Below are positions 6,559 to 14,904 of a stretch of DNA of 32,000 nucleotides, piece after piece. The position numbers and the translations under genes are program-made. Source of the DNA: Candidatus Saccharimonadota bacterium. GTDB lineage: Bacteria; Patescibacteriota; Saccharimonadia; Saccharimonadales; Saccharimonadaceae. The DNA is taken from positions 720,001 through 752,000 of the forward strand of contig CP064995.1 in NCBI GenBank assembly GCA_016700015.1. Direction: 5' to 3'. The notes beneath the pieces were generated by a model, which saw only the letters and a list, made by a program, of their open reading frames with translations, made no database searches and was not told the DNA's origin. Positions within the stretch are counted from its first letter, which is position 1. The number at the start of each line of letters is the position of its first letter.

Positions 6559-6861
6559 TCACATGCTTGCCGGATGAACACTCGGAACAATCTTCTTAGT
6601 TATAGAATCAACGTATAGTCGATAGGCCGGCCTTAACTCTTTCTCGTAGATTATTAGTGTACCTAAAACTCTATTACACTTTTGACAAATAAGTTCCCTG
6701 CCCTTTGGTACGATGTCGATAAATCTATCTACATACATACGGCGCAAGTTACCCGGTCCGTCTTTTTGGTAGAAGGCAATATGGTCACCACAGTGTTCGC
6801 ATGACACTTCCAAGGTACGAGACCACCCACCACGGGCCTCTGAAAAGTTATCTTTTTTCAT
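6559..6861 (-). CDS. Hypothetical CxxC...CxxC zinc-ribbon protein (100 aa)
   Basis: Two CxxC pairs (SCEHCGDH and ICQKCNRV). I chose the start at the internal ATG (6861), which is embedded in the last codons of sodA (14-nt overlap). Confidence 0.55.
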   Translation of the reverse strand: MKKDNFSEARGGWSRTLEVSCEHCGDHIAFYQKDGPGNLRRMYVDRFIDIVPKGRELICQKCNRVLGTLIIYEKELRPAYRLYVDSITKKIVPSVHPASM

Positions 6862-7465
6862 TAATTCCGGCGATTGGATCGTACCGCTCCGCAACAAACT
6901 CCCAATTCACCACTTCCCACCAGCGGTTGATATAGTCGTCACGCTTGTTCTTGTAGTCCAAATAATAAGCATGCTCCCATACATCAAGCCCCATGAGCGG
7001 CTCGCCCTTGCCTTCCATCATGGGCGTATCTTGGTTGGGCATAGCCATAATTTCAAGATCACGTGTTAGCCACACCCAACCACTACCAAAAAGGCCGGTT
7101 GCTTTAGCAGTAAATTCTTGTTTAAAGGCATCGAAGCTTCCCCACTTCTCAGTAATTACCTCTGCAAGCACACCCCCCGGTTCGCCACCTGCGCCTGGTG
7201 CCATACATTGCCAGAATAAACTATGGTTATAGTGGCCACCTCCGTGGTTGCGTATCACTACTCTGACAGACTCAGGTAGCGATCCAATATTTGCAAGAAG
7301 TTCTACTAGAGGAATATGCTGCAAATCAGGTTCTTGATCGAGCGCAGCATTCAACTTATCGACATACGTCTGGTGGTGTTTAGCATGGTGAAGTCGCATT
7401 ATCTCGCTACTTATAGCCGGTTCAAGTGCCGTGTACTCATAGGGTAAATCGGGAAGACTGTACAT
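6848..7465 (-). CDS. sodA: Fe/Mn-family superoxide dismutase
   Basis: LPDLPYEYTALEPAISSEIMRLHHAKHHQTYV and DVWEHAYYLDYKNKR signatures. 205 aa. SD AAAGGAA upstream. Metal specificity (Fe vs Mn) cannot be decided by eye. Confidence 0.95.
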   Translation of the reverse strand: MYSLPDLPYEYTALEPAISSEIMRLHHAKHHQTYVDKLNAALDQEPDLQHIPLVELLANIGSLPESVRVVIRNHGGGHYNHSLFWQCMAPGAGGEPGGVLAEVITEKWGSFDAFKQEFTAKATGLFGSGWVWLTRDLEIMAMPNQDTPMMEGKGEPLMGLDVWEHAYYLDYKNKRDDYINRWWEVVNWEFVAERYDPIAGINEKR

Positions 7466-7479
7466 GCTTAGCTATTCCT

Positions 7480-8526
7480 TTACTTTTTCTCTTCGATACT
7501 AATGTATTCAGTAATTTTGTCAGCTTTTTTCAGATTCTCAAGGTTTTTGGTGAACGTTGCGAGTGGGATATGAAGGTAGGAAAAACTAACCTGAGTATCA
7601 TTCTTTTCGAGTACTTTCACAAAATAATACCCGTCATCGGTGCTGCTTTTCATGAGACCAGAAACTTGACCTTTGTCCAATTTATAAACTTCAGAGACCT
7701 GCAGCCCCCCTGAAACCCCCGTATTGCTAATAAGCCCAGTCTGGCCGACAACCACTTTTGCGCCGGGTAGGGCACCAATCTGATCGGCAACTTTGGCAAA
7801 ATCTGCACCAGTGCTTACTACCAGCGGCGCCGCGGCATCAGCTTGTTTTTTAGCGTCTTCGTCGACCGCAAATGCCACGCGTGTCCGAATAATTCCCTGC
7901 TCGATTGCCAGTCGGTAGTCAGATGGAGACCAGCCATAAATCATTTGCGACGACGCATCGTACGTTTCCTGTGATATTCGGCCATTTGTGGTATTGCGCT
8001 GTTGGTCAACAACTTGATCGATATCTTTTTCGCTCACCGATATCTTCTTATCACGTGCAATTTGCTTCGCATAGGCATAAGCAATGGCTTTATTCAAGGA
8101 TTCACGCTTAATGTACGACAACTGACGCTGTCCATCGGCCGAAGAAGCTTTAATTTCGTCGTATTTACTAAGATAGTATTCTGAACCCCTATATTGTACG
8201 AGATAGTCACTAAACCGTACTTGTTCACCATTGACGACAGCAACCGGTACAGGGAGAATGCGAGTGACACGGTACATGAACGTGGTTGAATTTTGCATAA
8301 TATAGAGCTGCCACCAGCCGACGAGGGCAAGAACTATTGCAGCACCAACAATCACGAGTAGCGCATTGATGACAAGCTTGTGACGAGTGTACTGGATTGG
8401 ATATTTGAATTTCCTACCCCCCGCAAGGATCTTTTCGCGATGCTCTGCCACCGTCTCATTCGTAATACGAGATGGACCCGTGTCATCATGTTTGCGGCGA
8501 AGTGTTTTAATCGATAGTTTCTTCAT
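7480..8526 (-). CDS. Membrane-anchored parvulin-type peptidyl-prolyl isomerase (PrsA/SurA-like)
   Basis: N-terminal TM (LLVIVGAAIVLALVGWW), a SurA-N-like middle region, and a C-terminal parvulin-like segment (GADFAKVADQ...GQVSGLMKSSTDDGYYFVKV). Start set at the ATG at 8526, which has AAGGA 5 nt upstream. The ORF-track start at 8568 is the alternative. Confidence 0.6.
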   Translation of the reverse strand: MKKLSIKTLRRKHDDTGPSRITNETVAEHREKILAGGRKFKYPIQYTRHKLVINALLVIVGAAIVLALVGWWQLYIMQNSTTFMYRVTRILPVPVAVVNGEQVRFSDYLVQYRGSEYYLSKYDEIKASSADGQRQLSYIKRESLNKAIAYAYAKQIARDKKISVSEKDIDQVVDQQRNTTNGRISQETYDASSQMIYGWSPSDYRLAIEQGIIRTRVAFAVDEDAKKQADAAAPLVVSTGADFAKVADQIGALPGAKVVVGQTGLISNTGVSGGLQVSEVYKLDKGQVSGLMKSSTDDGYYFVKVLEKNDTQVSFSYLHIPLATFTKNLENLKKADKITEYISIEEKK

Positions 8527-9046
8527 ATGATCCTTGTGGTTGAGGCTTTGTTGCCTGGTTAACTGCATCTTGGAGGCGATTATAAATTTTGGCGGGATGT
8601 TCAGCGTTATGTATCACGAGGTCACCGACAAATGTCTGAATAACAATGGTACCAAAACCGAATATTTCACCACTAAAGCCTGGTATATTATAGCTTATGT
8701 TTTGGATCTTCGCGAGACTTAGTTCGACAACATCCGTGCCGAAAAAGCCTTTTTGCGTCACCTGGCGTATACGCTGATCGGTAACAATATAGTAGGTGAA
8801 GCGCCACATAAGGAAATAGTAGGAAAAACATAGAAGCCCAAAGACGAATCCGCCGATTGGCAACAAAAACAACTCAAGGTTCTGCGGCCATAGAAGCGGC
8901 GGTAGCGAAGTAAGCGCAAAAGGAATGAGCAATAAGTAAAACCCCTTGCGCATGGCAATAATATGACGACGGAAGACGAACAACAGTCGCTCACCCTCGC
9001 GCTGTCCATTGAATGATTGTTCTGATTCGTTGGCTTCTCTTGGCAT
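8507..9046 (-). CDS. Membrane protein with bacterial PH-like (DUF304/YdbT-type) domain
   Basis: Two TM segments followed by YYIVTDQRIRQVTQKGFFGTDVVELSLAKIQNISY..GFGTIVIQT, the usual pattern of membrane-flanked bPH domains. The ATG lies 5 nt after the tRNA-Arg CCA end. Confidence 0.55.
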   Translation of the reverse strand: MPREANESEQSFNGQREGERLLFVFRRHIIAMRKGFYLLLIPFALTSLPPLLWPQNLELFLLPIGGFVFGLLCFSYYFLMWRFTYYIVTDQRIRQVTQKGFFGTDVVELSLAKIQNISYNIPGFSGEIFGFGTIVIQTFVGDLVIHNAEHPAKIYNRLQDAVNQATKPQPQGSYEETID

Positions 9047-9051
9047 ATGTT

Positions 9052-9128
9052 TGGTACCCCGGGCAGGAGTTGAACCTACAACCTTTTCCTTAGGACGGAA
9101 CTGCTCTATCCAATTGAGCTACCGAGGC
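9052..9128 (-). tRNA. tRNA-Arg (anticodon CCT), CCA encoded
   Basis: Hand-folded: acceptor GCCTCGG/CCGGGGT (first pair G-U), D arm GCTC-AATTGGATA-GAGC, anticodon loop GTCCTAA, T arm GTAGG-TTCAACT-CCTGC. There is one mismatch at the top of the anticodon stem. Confidence 0.85.
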
Positions 9129-9167
9129 ATACCTTACTTATTATATGTTGCCGCTATGCTTCTGTGG

Positions 9168-9227
9168 CCAATTGGATAGAGCAACTGCTTATTTTCGCTG
9201 AAGGCTCCCCAATTGAGCTACCGAGGC
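9168..9227. repeat. Scrambled partial copies of the tRNA-Arg 5' half (non-functional remnant)
   Basis: CCAATTGAGCTACCGAGGC at 9110-9128 (inside the tRNA) is repeated exactly at 9209-9227. TGCTCTATCCAATTG (9102-9116) recurs inverted at 9169-9183. The region does not fold as a cloverleaf. Confidence 0.6.
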
Positions 9228-9266
9228 GGACATTCCTATTATATCATCCTACCCCTGTATATACTG

Positions 9267-9776
9267 TCAGCGGGTGAACTTTTCGTTGAGCACGCTATAG
9301 TCGTAGAGCTCGTCATCGGAAAACCAGTGGTCGATTTCTTGCTGAGCTTCTTCGGGGTCGCCGCTAGCATGAATGAGATTTGGGATACCCTTGCCCTCAT
9401 TATCGGCGTAGCCAAAGCTCATGTGCGAGAAATCACCCCGTATCGTACCTGGTAATGCACTCTTTGGTTCGGTGGTACCGACTAGCTTGCGCACTAACCC
9501 TACTGCTTCTACTCCTTCGAGCACCATGGCGATAACCGGTCCTTGCACCATCATCTCGAGCGTAATATCAAACTTGTCTTGGCCGCGCCGGGTGATCATT
9601 TTGCCGATTTCTTCGTAGTGCTTATAGTAGTGCTCTTTGGTTGGGGCAATCATTTTGGTGGCGACAATTTTGAGCCCAACACGCTCGAAACGTGACAGTA
9701 TTTCGCCAACAATCCCCCGCTGGATAGCATCTGGTTTAAAAACGATCAGTGTTTTTTCAACTGGTGTATTCTTCAT
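9267..9776 (-). CDS. ndk: Nucleoside-diphosphate kinase
   Basis: LIVFKPDAIQRGIVGEILSRFERVGLKIV and the active-site region NLIHASGD. 169 aa. Confidence 0.95.
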   Translation of the reverse strand: MKNTPVEKTLIVFKPDAIQRGIVGEILSRFERVGLKIVATKMIAPTKEHYYKHYEEIGKMITRRGQDKFDITLEMMVQGPVIAMVLEGVEAVGLVRKLVGTTEPKSALPGTIRGDFSHMSFGYADNEGKGIPNLIHASGDPEEAQQEIDHWFSDDELYDYSVLNEKFTR

Positions 9777-9887
9777 ATTTTTCCTTATTTAACTTACCTT
9801 ATTGTAGCAAAAGAAAGCGTACAACAATAATAAACCGGCAACACGCTATCGTTTGGCGAGCTGGTACGCTATGCTAAGAATATGTAC

Positions 9888-10796
9888 ATGTCGGAACTTA
9901 TCATCGATTTTATCGAGCACCTCGAAGTTGAGCGCGGTCGCTCGGCAAAAACTGCCGAAAACTACCGTCGCTACTTAGAACGGTTCATCGAATTTGCCGG
10001 CGATATACCGGTTGATCAAATTACCAGCGAACGGGTACGCAAATACCGCTTGTGGCTCAACCGCTATGTTGGTGAATTCGGCGACGAACTCGCAACCATC
10101 ACCCAGAGTTATCACCTGATTGCGCTGCGCGGTTTTCTCGCTTATCTTGGCAAGCGCGACATAACCGCACTCAGCCCCGACAAAATCGAGCTACCAAAAG
10201 TCCATCGCAAACAAGTAACGTTTCTTCACTATGAAGAAGTCGAGCGCATGCTTGATGCCATACCGGGTGACGAAGCGCCACAACATCTGCGTGACCGGGC
10301 AATCATGGAACTATTGTTTTCGAGCGGCCTGCGCGTTTCAGAGCTGATCAACCTCGATCGTGGGCATATTAATACGAAGAGACGCGAATTTATGGTAAGG
10401 GGCAAAGGCCAAAAGGATCGCCCAGTCTTTATTAGCGAAACGGCTGCAGCTCATGTTGAGACGTATTTGGCTTGTCGAGCGGACTCACTCGCCCCACTCT
10501 TCCTTAACTACAGCCGCAATAGTATTGCTGATACCTCTGGTAATTATCGTCGCTTAACGCAGCGTAGTGTGCAGCGCATGATAAGCCGCTATGCTAAGCT
10601 TGCTGGTATTACCAAACACGTCAGTCCCCATACCATGCGTCATAGCTTTGCAACTGATTTACTGATGAATGGTGCCGATATCCGCAGCGTCCAGTCGATG
10701 CTTGGCCATAGCAGCATCAGTACCACACAGGTGTATACGCACGTTACCGATGCACACCTACGCGACGTGTACGAGAAATTTCATAGCAAAGACTAG
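9888..10796 (+). CDS. xerC: Tyrosine recombinase, XerC/XerD family
   Basis: SAM-like N-domain (IEHLEVERGRSAKTAENYRRYLERF) and catalytic C-domain (RDRAIMELLFSSGLRVSEL, HTMRHSFATDLL, GHSSISTTQVYTHV). XerC and XerD cannot be told apart by eye. I prefer the start at 9888 (7 nt after TGcTAAGAA, leaderless); the ORF-track start at 9882 is the alternative. Confidence 0.85.
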   Translation: MSELIIDFIEHLEVERGRSAKTAENYRRYLERFIEFAGDIPVDQITSERVRKYRLWLNRYVGEFGDELATITQSYHLIALRGFLAYLGKRDITALSPDKIELPKVHRKQVTFLHYEEVERMLDAIPGDEAPQHLRDRAIMELLFSSGLRVSELINLDRGHINTKRREFMVRGKGQKDRPVFISETAAAHVETYLACRADSLAPLFLNYSRNSIADTSGNYRRLTQRSVQRMISRYAKLAGITKHVSPHTMRHSFATDLLMNGADIRSVQSMLGHSSISTTQVYTHVTDAHLRDVYEKFHSKD

Positions 10797-11962
10797 GGCT
10801 TGGTTGGGTCGCAGCCGCCATCGTTGTAGTCAGTGGGGTCAAGTGCAACAATGAAGCTTTTGCAGAAGTTGTGAGTGATATCAACAGTCGCACGCGGATA
10901 GAGTAGTCCTTCATTTGGGTCAACCAGTTCTACCCTGGCATCGACACGACGGAATACATCTGCTGCTCTTCCGGTTGAGTCAATCGATGGCTGTACACCA
11001 TTGAAATCAACTGAACCGCCACTGGAATTCTCGAGTATAATCTTGTAGTCTGCGGCATTGTAGATAGCGGTAATACGAAGGTATGCTCGACGATTCTTCA
11101 TATCACCATCCATTCCAATCGGATCGGGTAGCTTAATCCTTGCTTCACATGCATAGCCGTCATTGACAAAATCAGCAGCGCAGCGCACCAATGACGGTGC
11201 GAGCGTGCCGGATCGTCTGCCATCAGCTGCAAAATTTAGCGTGGTCACGCCTGAGCTATTGGGATATAGGTAGAGGGTATGCGATGCACCATCATTGTCG
11301 AAGTCGGATTGACGAAAACCGGTGCTACTAAACTGCATGAGCTGGAGACGCATGAGCGGAGGATTAGCAGCGTTGCCAGTATTATCCCAATCTACAAGCT
11401 TTGGTAGTAATGGTGAAGCGACGTTACTCAGCGCGGGTTTTTTAAGTGGACTAGCGGGGTCTTTTGCATACCAATAGAAGTGAACCGTGTCGAATGCATC
11501 TGAACTTGCAACTGTCAGTGGTACAACATTTGATTCATCAAGCTTAAGTGTCCCACGATAGTCACGCGTGTTACGACTAATTTTTACACAAGTATATGAC
11601 TGTTGGAAATCAGTTCCGTTTGCACCTAGTGAAGTTTTTAGGTAGACTTCTCCGTTAGCTTCTGCCTTGACAATTTTGGCCGCACTGACTGTTGTACACG
11701 TCGGCTCTCCGGCTAGCACAGTACAGGCATCAGAAGCTGCATCAGCCGCACACGCGGCAAGTACCCGTTTACCATCTTCGATACCTGCAAGTGCAGAGTC
11801 GTAGGCTCCCTGTGACAACTCGTTGTCGTTACTGCGACTTTGCTCAAGCGACATAATCTTCATGAAACTGACGGTGACAGTGATAAATAAAAGCACTGCA
11901 AACATGACAATAACAAGGGCAGTCGCACCTCGTTCTTTACCGCGATAAGTAGTGTGTATCAT
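10793..11962 (-). CDS. PilX-like minor pilin / pilus-associated protein
   Basis: N-terminus KERGATALVIVMFAVLLFITV resembles the PilX N-terminal pattern (RGxxLxxxLxxLxxL). Last gene of the pseudopilin run. ATGA-coupled to the upstream gene. Confidence 0.6.
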   Translation of the reverse strand: MIHTTYRGKERGATALVIVMFAVLLFITVTVSFMKIMSLEQSRSNDNELSQGAYDSALAGIEDGKRVLAACAADAASDACTVLAGEPTCTTVSAAKIVKAEANGEVYLKTSLGANGTDFQQSYTCVKISRNTRDYRGTLKLDESNVVPLTVASSDAFDTVHFYWYAKDPASPLKKPALSNVASPLLPKLVDWDNTGNAANPPLMRLQLMQFSSTGFRQSDFDNDGASHTLYLYPNSSGVTTLNFAADGRRSGTLAPSLVRCAADFVNDGYACEARIKLPDPIGMDGDMKNRRAYLRITAIYNAADYKIILENSSGGSVDFNGVQPSIDSTGRAADVFRRVDARVELVDPNEGLLYPRATVDITHNFCKSFIVALDPTDYNDGGCDPTKP

Positions 11963-12654
11963 AAATTACCTCTTCCCCCAGCTCGTAGTATTGTTGTAAA
12001 CTCTCCCACCGTACAATAGTCAAAGTTAGTGCTACTATCAGTTGGTGGCTTACATTGTACGCCCGCATCGGCATCAACTTGCGTGGTATCTTTTTCGTGG
12101 GTGCCGAGTACCATATGAACACTGTAAAGCCCCCTCCCTGACGCATCACTCGCAATCGTAACAATTGTCAGAGAATAGATAGCAAAGTCGCGCCCATTGG
12201 TACTTAGTAGCTCCGTTACTTTCATGGCGTCGGGAATGACAGTAGGAGCGGGGTCACCCAAGCAGAGACTCGCTCCTGGATCGATAACACGCACGAATGT
12301 CACAGGATTGCCATTATAGGTTATCTTGGCCGCAACGGTGTTATCTAGCAGTGCCGCAGTGTTCCACAGGTAAGAAACTGTACCAGTACACAGCCTTCCT
12401 GTCTGTTGGTCTCCAATTTCTGAAGGTGCCGGGTTGTTAATAGTCTTCGAGTCCGATGCGAGAACGTCACGTTTCATGAGGTCTGTGATATCGCGAGTTA
12501 TCTGATTCAATGTCTTGTTAGTCACCCCCTTTGTGTAGAGCTTACCCGCATGAATAGTAAGATACAGAATGGCAAGCAGCAAAACAGACATGAATGCCAT
12601 TACAAGTGTTAGCTCTACAAGGGTAAATCCACGCCGCGAGTTATGTTTTATCAT
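11959..12654 (-). CDS. Prepilin-type minor pilin (PilW-like)
   Basis: Class III signal: MIKHNSRRG|FTLVELTLVMAFMSVLLLAIL (G-1, F+1, E+5). Confidence 0.7.
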   Translation of the reverse strand: MIKHNSRRGFTLVELTLVMAFMSVLLLAILYLTIHAGKLYTKGVTNKTLNQITRDITDLMKRDVLASDSKTINNPAPSEIGDQQTGRLCTGTVSYLWNTAALLDNTVAAKITYNGNPVTFVRVIDPGASLCLGDPAPTVIPDAMKVTELLSTNGRDFAIYSLTIVTIASDASGRGLYSVHMVLGTHEKDTTQVDADAGVQCKPPTDSSTNFDYCTVGEFTTILRAGGRGNL

Positions 12655-13219
12655 AAAGCCTCACTATTGTCCCTACTGTCATCGGCACACTCTGTCCAGG
12701 CGCATCCCAACAGGCATGAATATATATGTCATAGGCAGTGACCCCTGTACCGCCATCTTCCGCTCTGGCTACCTGCACCCACATACCATCAGACTTCTTA
12801 GTTTCAAAGTCTATCTTTGCATAGGCCTGTGCTGCTTGATAACTTGTCGATGAAGCTTTAACAATCACATAACCCTCCGCATCGGTCGCATCAGGTACTA
12901 TGACAAATCCGTTGGCACCACTTGTACTAATCTGGTCAACTTCGGGGCATACCGTACTATTAAGCCCAAGCGGATCGGCAGTCACAAGACTTTTTACGTC
13001 AGTCCAGCGTACAGAAGCTGTATCGCGGAGATAACGAATAAGTTCTGCTTGCCCATCGATCTGTTGACGTACCAGTGATTTTTCAAGGCTGCGCTGGGAT
13101 ACCGCAACACCCTGATTGAGGATCATGATCGTCGTAACGGCAGCAAGTGAAAAAATAGCAAAAGCAAGTACTAACTCAACAACCGTATCGCCCCTCCAGC
13201 TTACACGTCTCACTAACAC
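12641..13219 (-). CDS. Pseudopilin-like protein (PilV-like position) with atypical +1 residue
   Basis: MLVRRVSWRG|DTVVELVLAFAIFSLAAV has G-1 and E+5 but Asp at +1. Overlaps both neighbouring genes. Confidence 0.55.
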   Translation of the reverse strand: MLVRRVSWRGDTVVELVLAFAIFSLAAVTTIMILNQGVAVSQRSLEKSLVRQQIDGQAELIRYLRDTASVRWTDVKSLVTADPLGLNSTVCPEVDQISTSGANGFVIVPDATDAEGYVIVKASSTSYQAAQAYAKIDFETKKSDGMWVQVARAEDGGTGVTAYDIYIHACWDAPGQSVPMTVGTIVRLYDKT

Positions 13220-13935
13220 TCACTTTCTGGCGCAAAAAGCACTCCGCTACTATTCGCCGCGTCTGAAGCAAGTGTCACGCCTGTCCTACCACCTCCGGGC
13301 ATGAGCCCGGGATTACTGACACATATCCTAAATCCAGGCTTATCTGCAATAGTTCCGACAATATCTGACGGCACCTTATCGGCCTCGGCAAGTACATACG
13401 TGTGTAGCTGACCATTTGTTGGCGTGCGGGCAATCAAGATGCTAAAGGCCAGAGGTGAACTGCCGCCCTGCGGAACGAGCTGCGTCGACCAGCCAATCGT
13501 ATAACGTTCAGATTCGGGGCTGACAACTAGCTTTGCATCACGAAACACTTGGGCGTCATCATCGCCGCTTAGTGTAGCTGCATCCACGGTGGCGTATACC
13601 TGCGCCGAACTAACACTGTAGCCATCTGCTGAACTATAGATAACCCGACCCACAATTGTGCAATCACTCGTGCCCCTTCCCGTATCTGTCGTTTCGCCTA
13701 CAGTAATCTTTCCGTCTTTACATACTGCGTCTGGTTCACGAGAATTATTGACGTTTGCCACGAGGTTGTATTGACCCTGAAGATAGTCTTGAAATGAGTT
13801 GACAGCATCGTGATAACGCTCTCGGTTAAGGGCCGTGCTAACACCAGCAAGTAGTACGGCCATGACGAGCCCGGTAATACCCAGGAAGAGTATCACCTCA
13901 ATAACCGAAAACCCCTTGGCTACTCTGATGCCCAT
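13213..13935 (-). CDS. Prepilin-type minor pilin (FimT/FimU/GspH-like position)
   Basis: MGIRVAKG|FSVIEVILFLGITGLVMAVLLAG (G-1, F+1, E+5). Confidence 0.7.
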   Translation of the reverse strand: MGIRVAKGFSVIEVILFLGITGLVMAVLLAGVSTALNRERYHDAVNSFQDYLQGQYNLVANVNNSREPDAVCKDGKITVGETTDTGRGTSDCTIVGRVIYSSADGYSVSSAQVYATVDAATLSGDDDAQVFRDAKLVVSPESERYTIGWSTQLVPQGGSSPLAFSILIARTPTNGQLHTYVLAEADKVPSDIVGTIADKPGFRICVSNPGLMPGGGRTGVTLASDAANSSGVLFAPESEC

Positions 13936-13947
13936 ATCTGTAATCGA

Positions 13948-14853
13948 TTATATCATAAGCGTGTTGAGAAGTGTGTCAGTCCAGGAAAAAACCGTTCTAA
14001 TAAGCGCATCGCCCCACAGCAACGCTATACTAGTACCGAGAATAAGAAACGGCCCGAATGGAATATGAGCATGACGATGTAGTTTGCCTCCGGCTGCCAA
14101 GGGAATGAGCATAAAACATCCCAGCAAATTTGCAACAAACAAGGCCAAAAATGCCAGCTCACCCTTGCCAACAAAAAGCGCGAGTCCGATGCCTAAAATA
14201 CTATCACCAAGCCCTACCCAGCCAAACAATGAAAATAGAAAATACAGCCCTGCCATTAACGCCAATGCTATGACGAGCGAAATGAGCAGCTCGGGACTGA
14301 TTCCGAGTGCAATCGCCCGGTAGGTAGAATATACTACAGCAACTGCTATCAATAGGATATTGACCGAAAACGGCAGTAAGAACCATTTAGCATCATACAT
14401 AAACAAAACTGCCATTACTACACAGGCGACTAGCCACAAACCGAGACTTATCACTCCAAAGCTGGTATCTGTCCCATACGGCCAAAATAAGTACGAGACA
14501 GTGAAGGTTACCGCTAATCCAACTTCCAGCAGTATCTCTGCACTTCCAATAGGAGCACGACAGTAACGACATCTTCCCCCGAGACTTAACCAGCTAACAA
14601 TCGGCACTAGATCATACCATGCCAGGATATGGTGACAATGAAGGCATCTGGAACGATCTTTGCTTATTGGACGACGAGTAAGAGGCCTCAGCCTCTGGAG
14701 TTCTTGTTGACTGATCGTCTCGCCATGCGCCTTGTCTTCTACTAGCTGGTGGGCGCGCAGTCGCCACACCTGAGCCCCTGCAAAGCTGCCCATAAGCGCG
14801 CCAAGCCACGCTATCGTCCCAATCATAAGAAGTTTATCCATACACCTTATCAT
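13948..14853 (-). CDS. pilD: Prepilin peptidase (A24 family)
   Basis: N-terminal CxxC...CxxC region (CLHCHHILAWYDLVPIVSWLSLGGRCRYCRAPIG), a polytopic body, and a GxGD-like motif (VGLGDSILG). Confidence 0.9.
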   Translation of the reverse strand: MIRCMDKLLMIGTIAWLGALMGSFAGAQVWRLRAHQLVEDKAHGETISQQELQRLRPLTRRPISKDRSRCLHCHHILAWYDLVPIVSWLSLGGRCRYCRAPIGSAEILLEVGLAVTFTVSYLFWPYGTDTSFGVISLGLWLVACVVMAVLFMYDAKWFLLPFSVNILLIAVAVVYSTYRAIALGISPELLISLVIALALMAGLYFLFSLFGWVGLGDSILGIGLALFVGKGELAFLALFVANLLGCFMLIPLAAGGKLHRHAHIPFGPFLILGTSIALLWGDALIRTVFSWTDTLLNTLMI

Positions 14854-14854
14854 A

Positions 14855-14884
14855 ACAAAAACCCCCTATCAGGAGGAGGTTTTT
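14855..14884 (-). terminator. Intrinsic terminator/attenuator between pilA and pilD
   Basis: Minus-strand RNA: AAAAACCUCC - 8-nt loop - GGGGGUUUUU (one G-U pair). The U-run extends into the pilD ATG at 14853. Confidence 0.55.
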
Positions 14885-14904
14885 GTGGAAGAATCACTGA
14901 GTTA

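Noticed and set aside
9150-9228. Possible second tRNA gene upstream of tRNA-Arg.
   Set aside because: Only the acceptor 5' strand and a D arm can be folded. No anticodon stem, T arm or acceptor 3' strand could be paired on either strand. I treat it as a remnant repeat.
9882-10796. Tyrosine recombinase as the integrase of a mobile element (next to tRNA-Arg remnants, or marking the T4P cluster as an island).
   Set aside because: The sequence looks like a housekeeping XerC/D type, composition matches the surroundings, and no flanking att-like repeats bracket a candidate element. It is also 18 kb from the high-GC island.
10793-10796. Convergent Xer recombinase and PilX-like genes share overlapping stop codons in one CTAG palindrome, with no terminator between them.
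   Set aside because: The observation is real but is a trivial consequence of genome compaction. No regulatory inference is justified.
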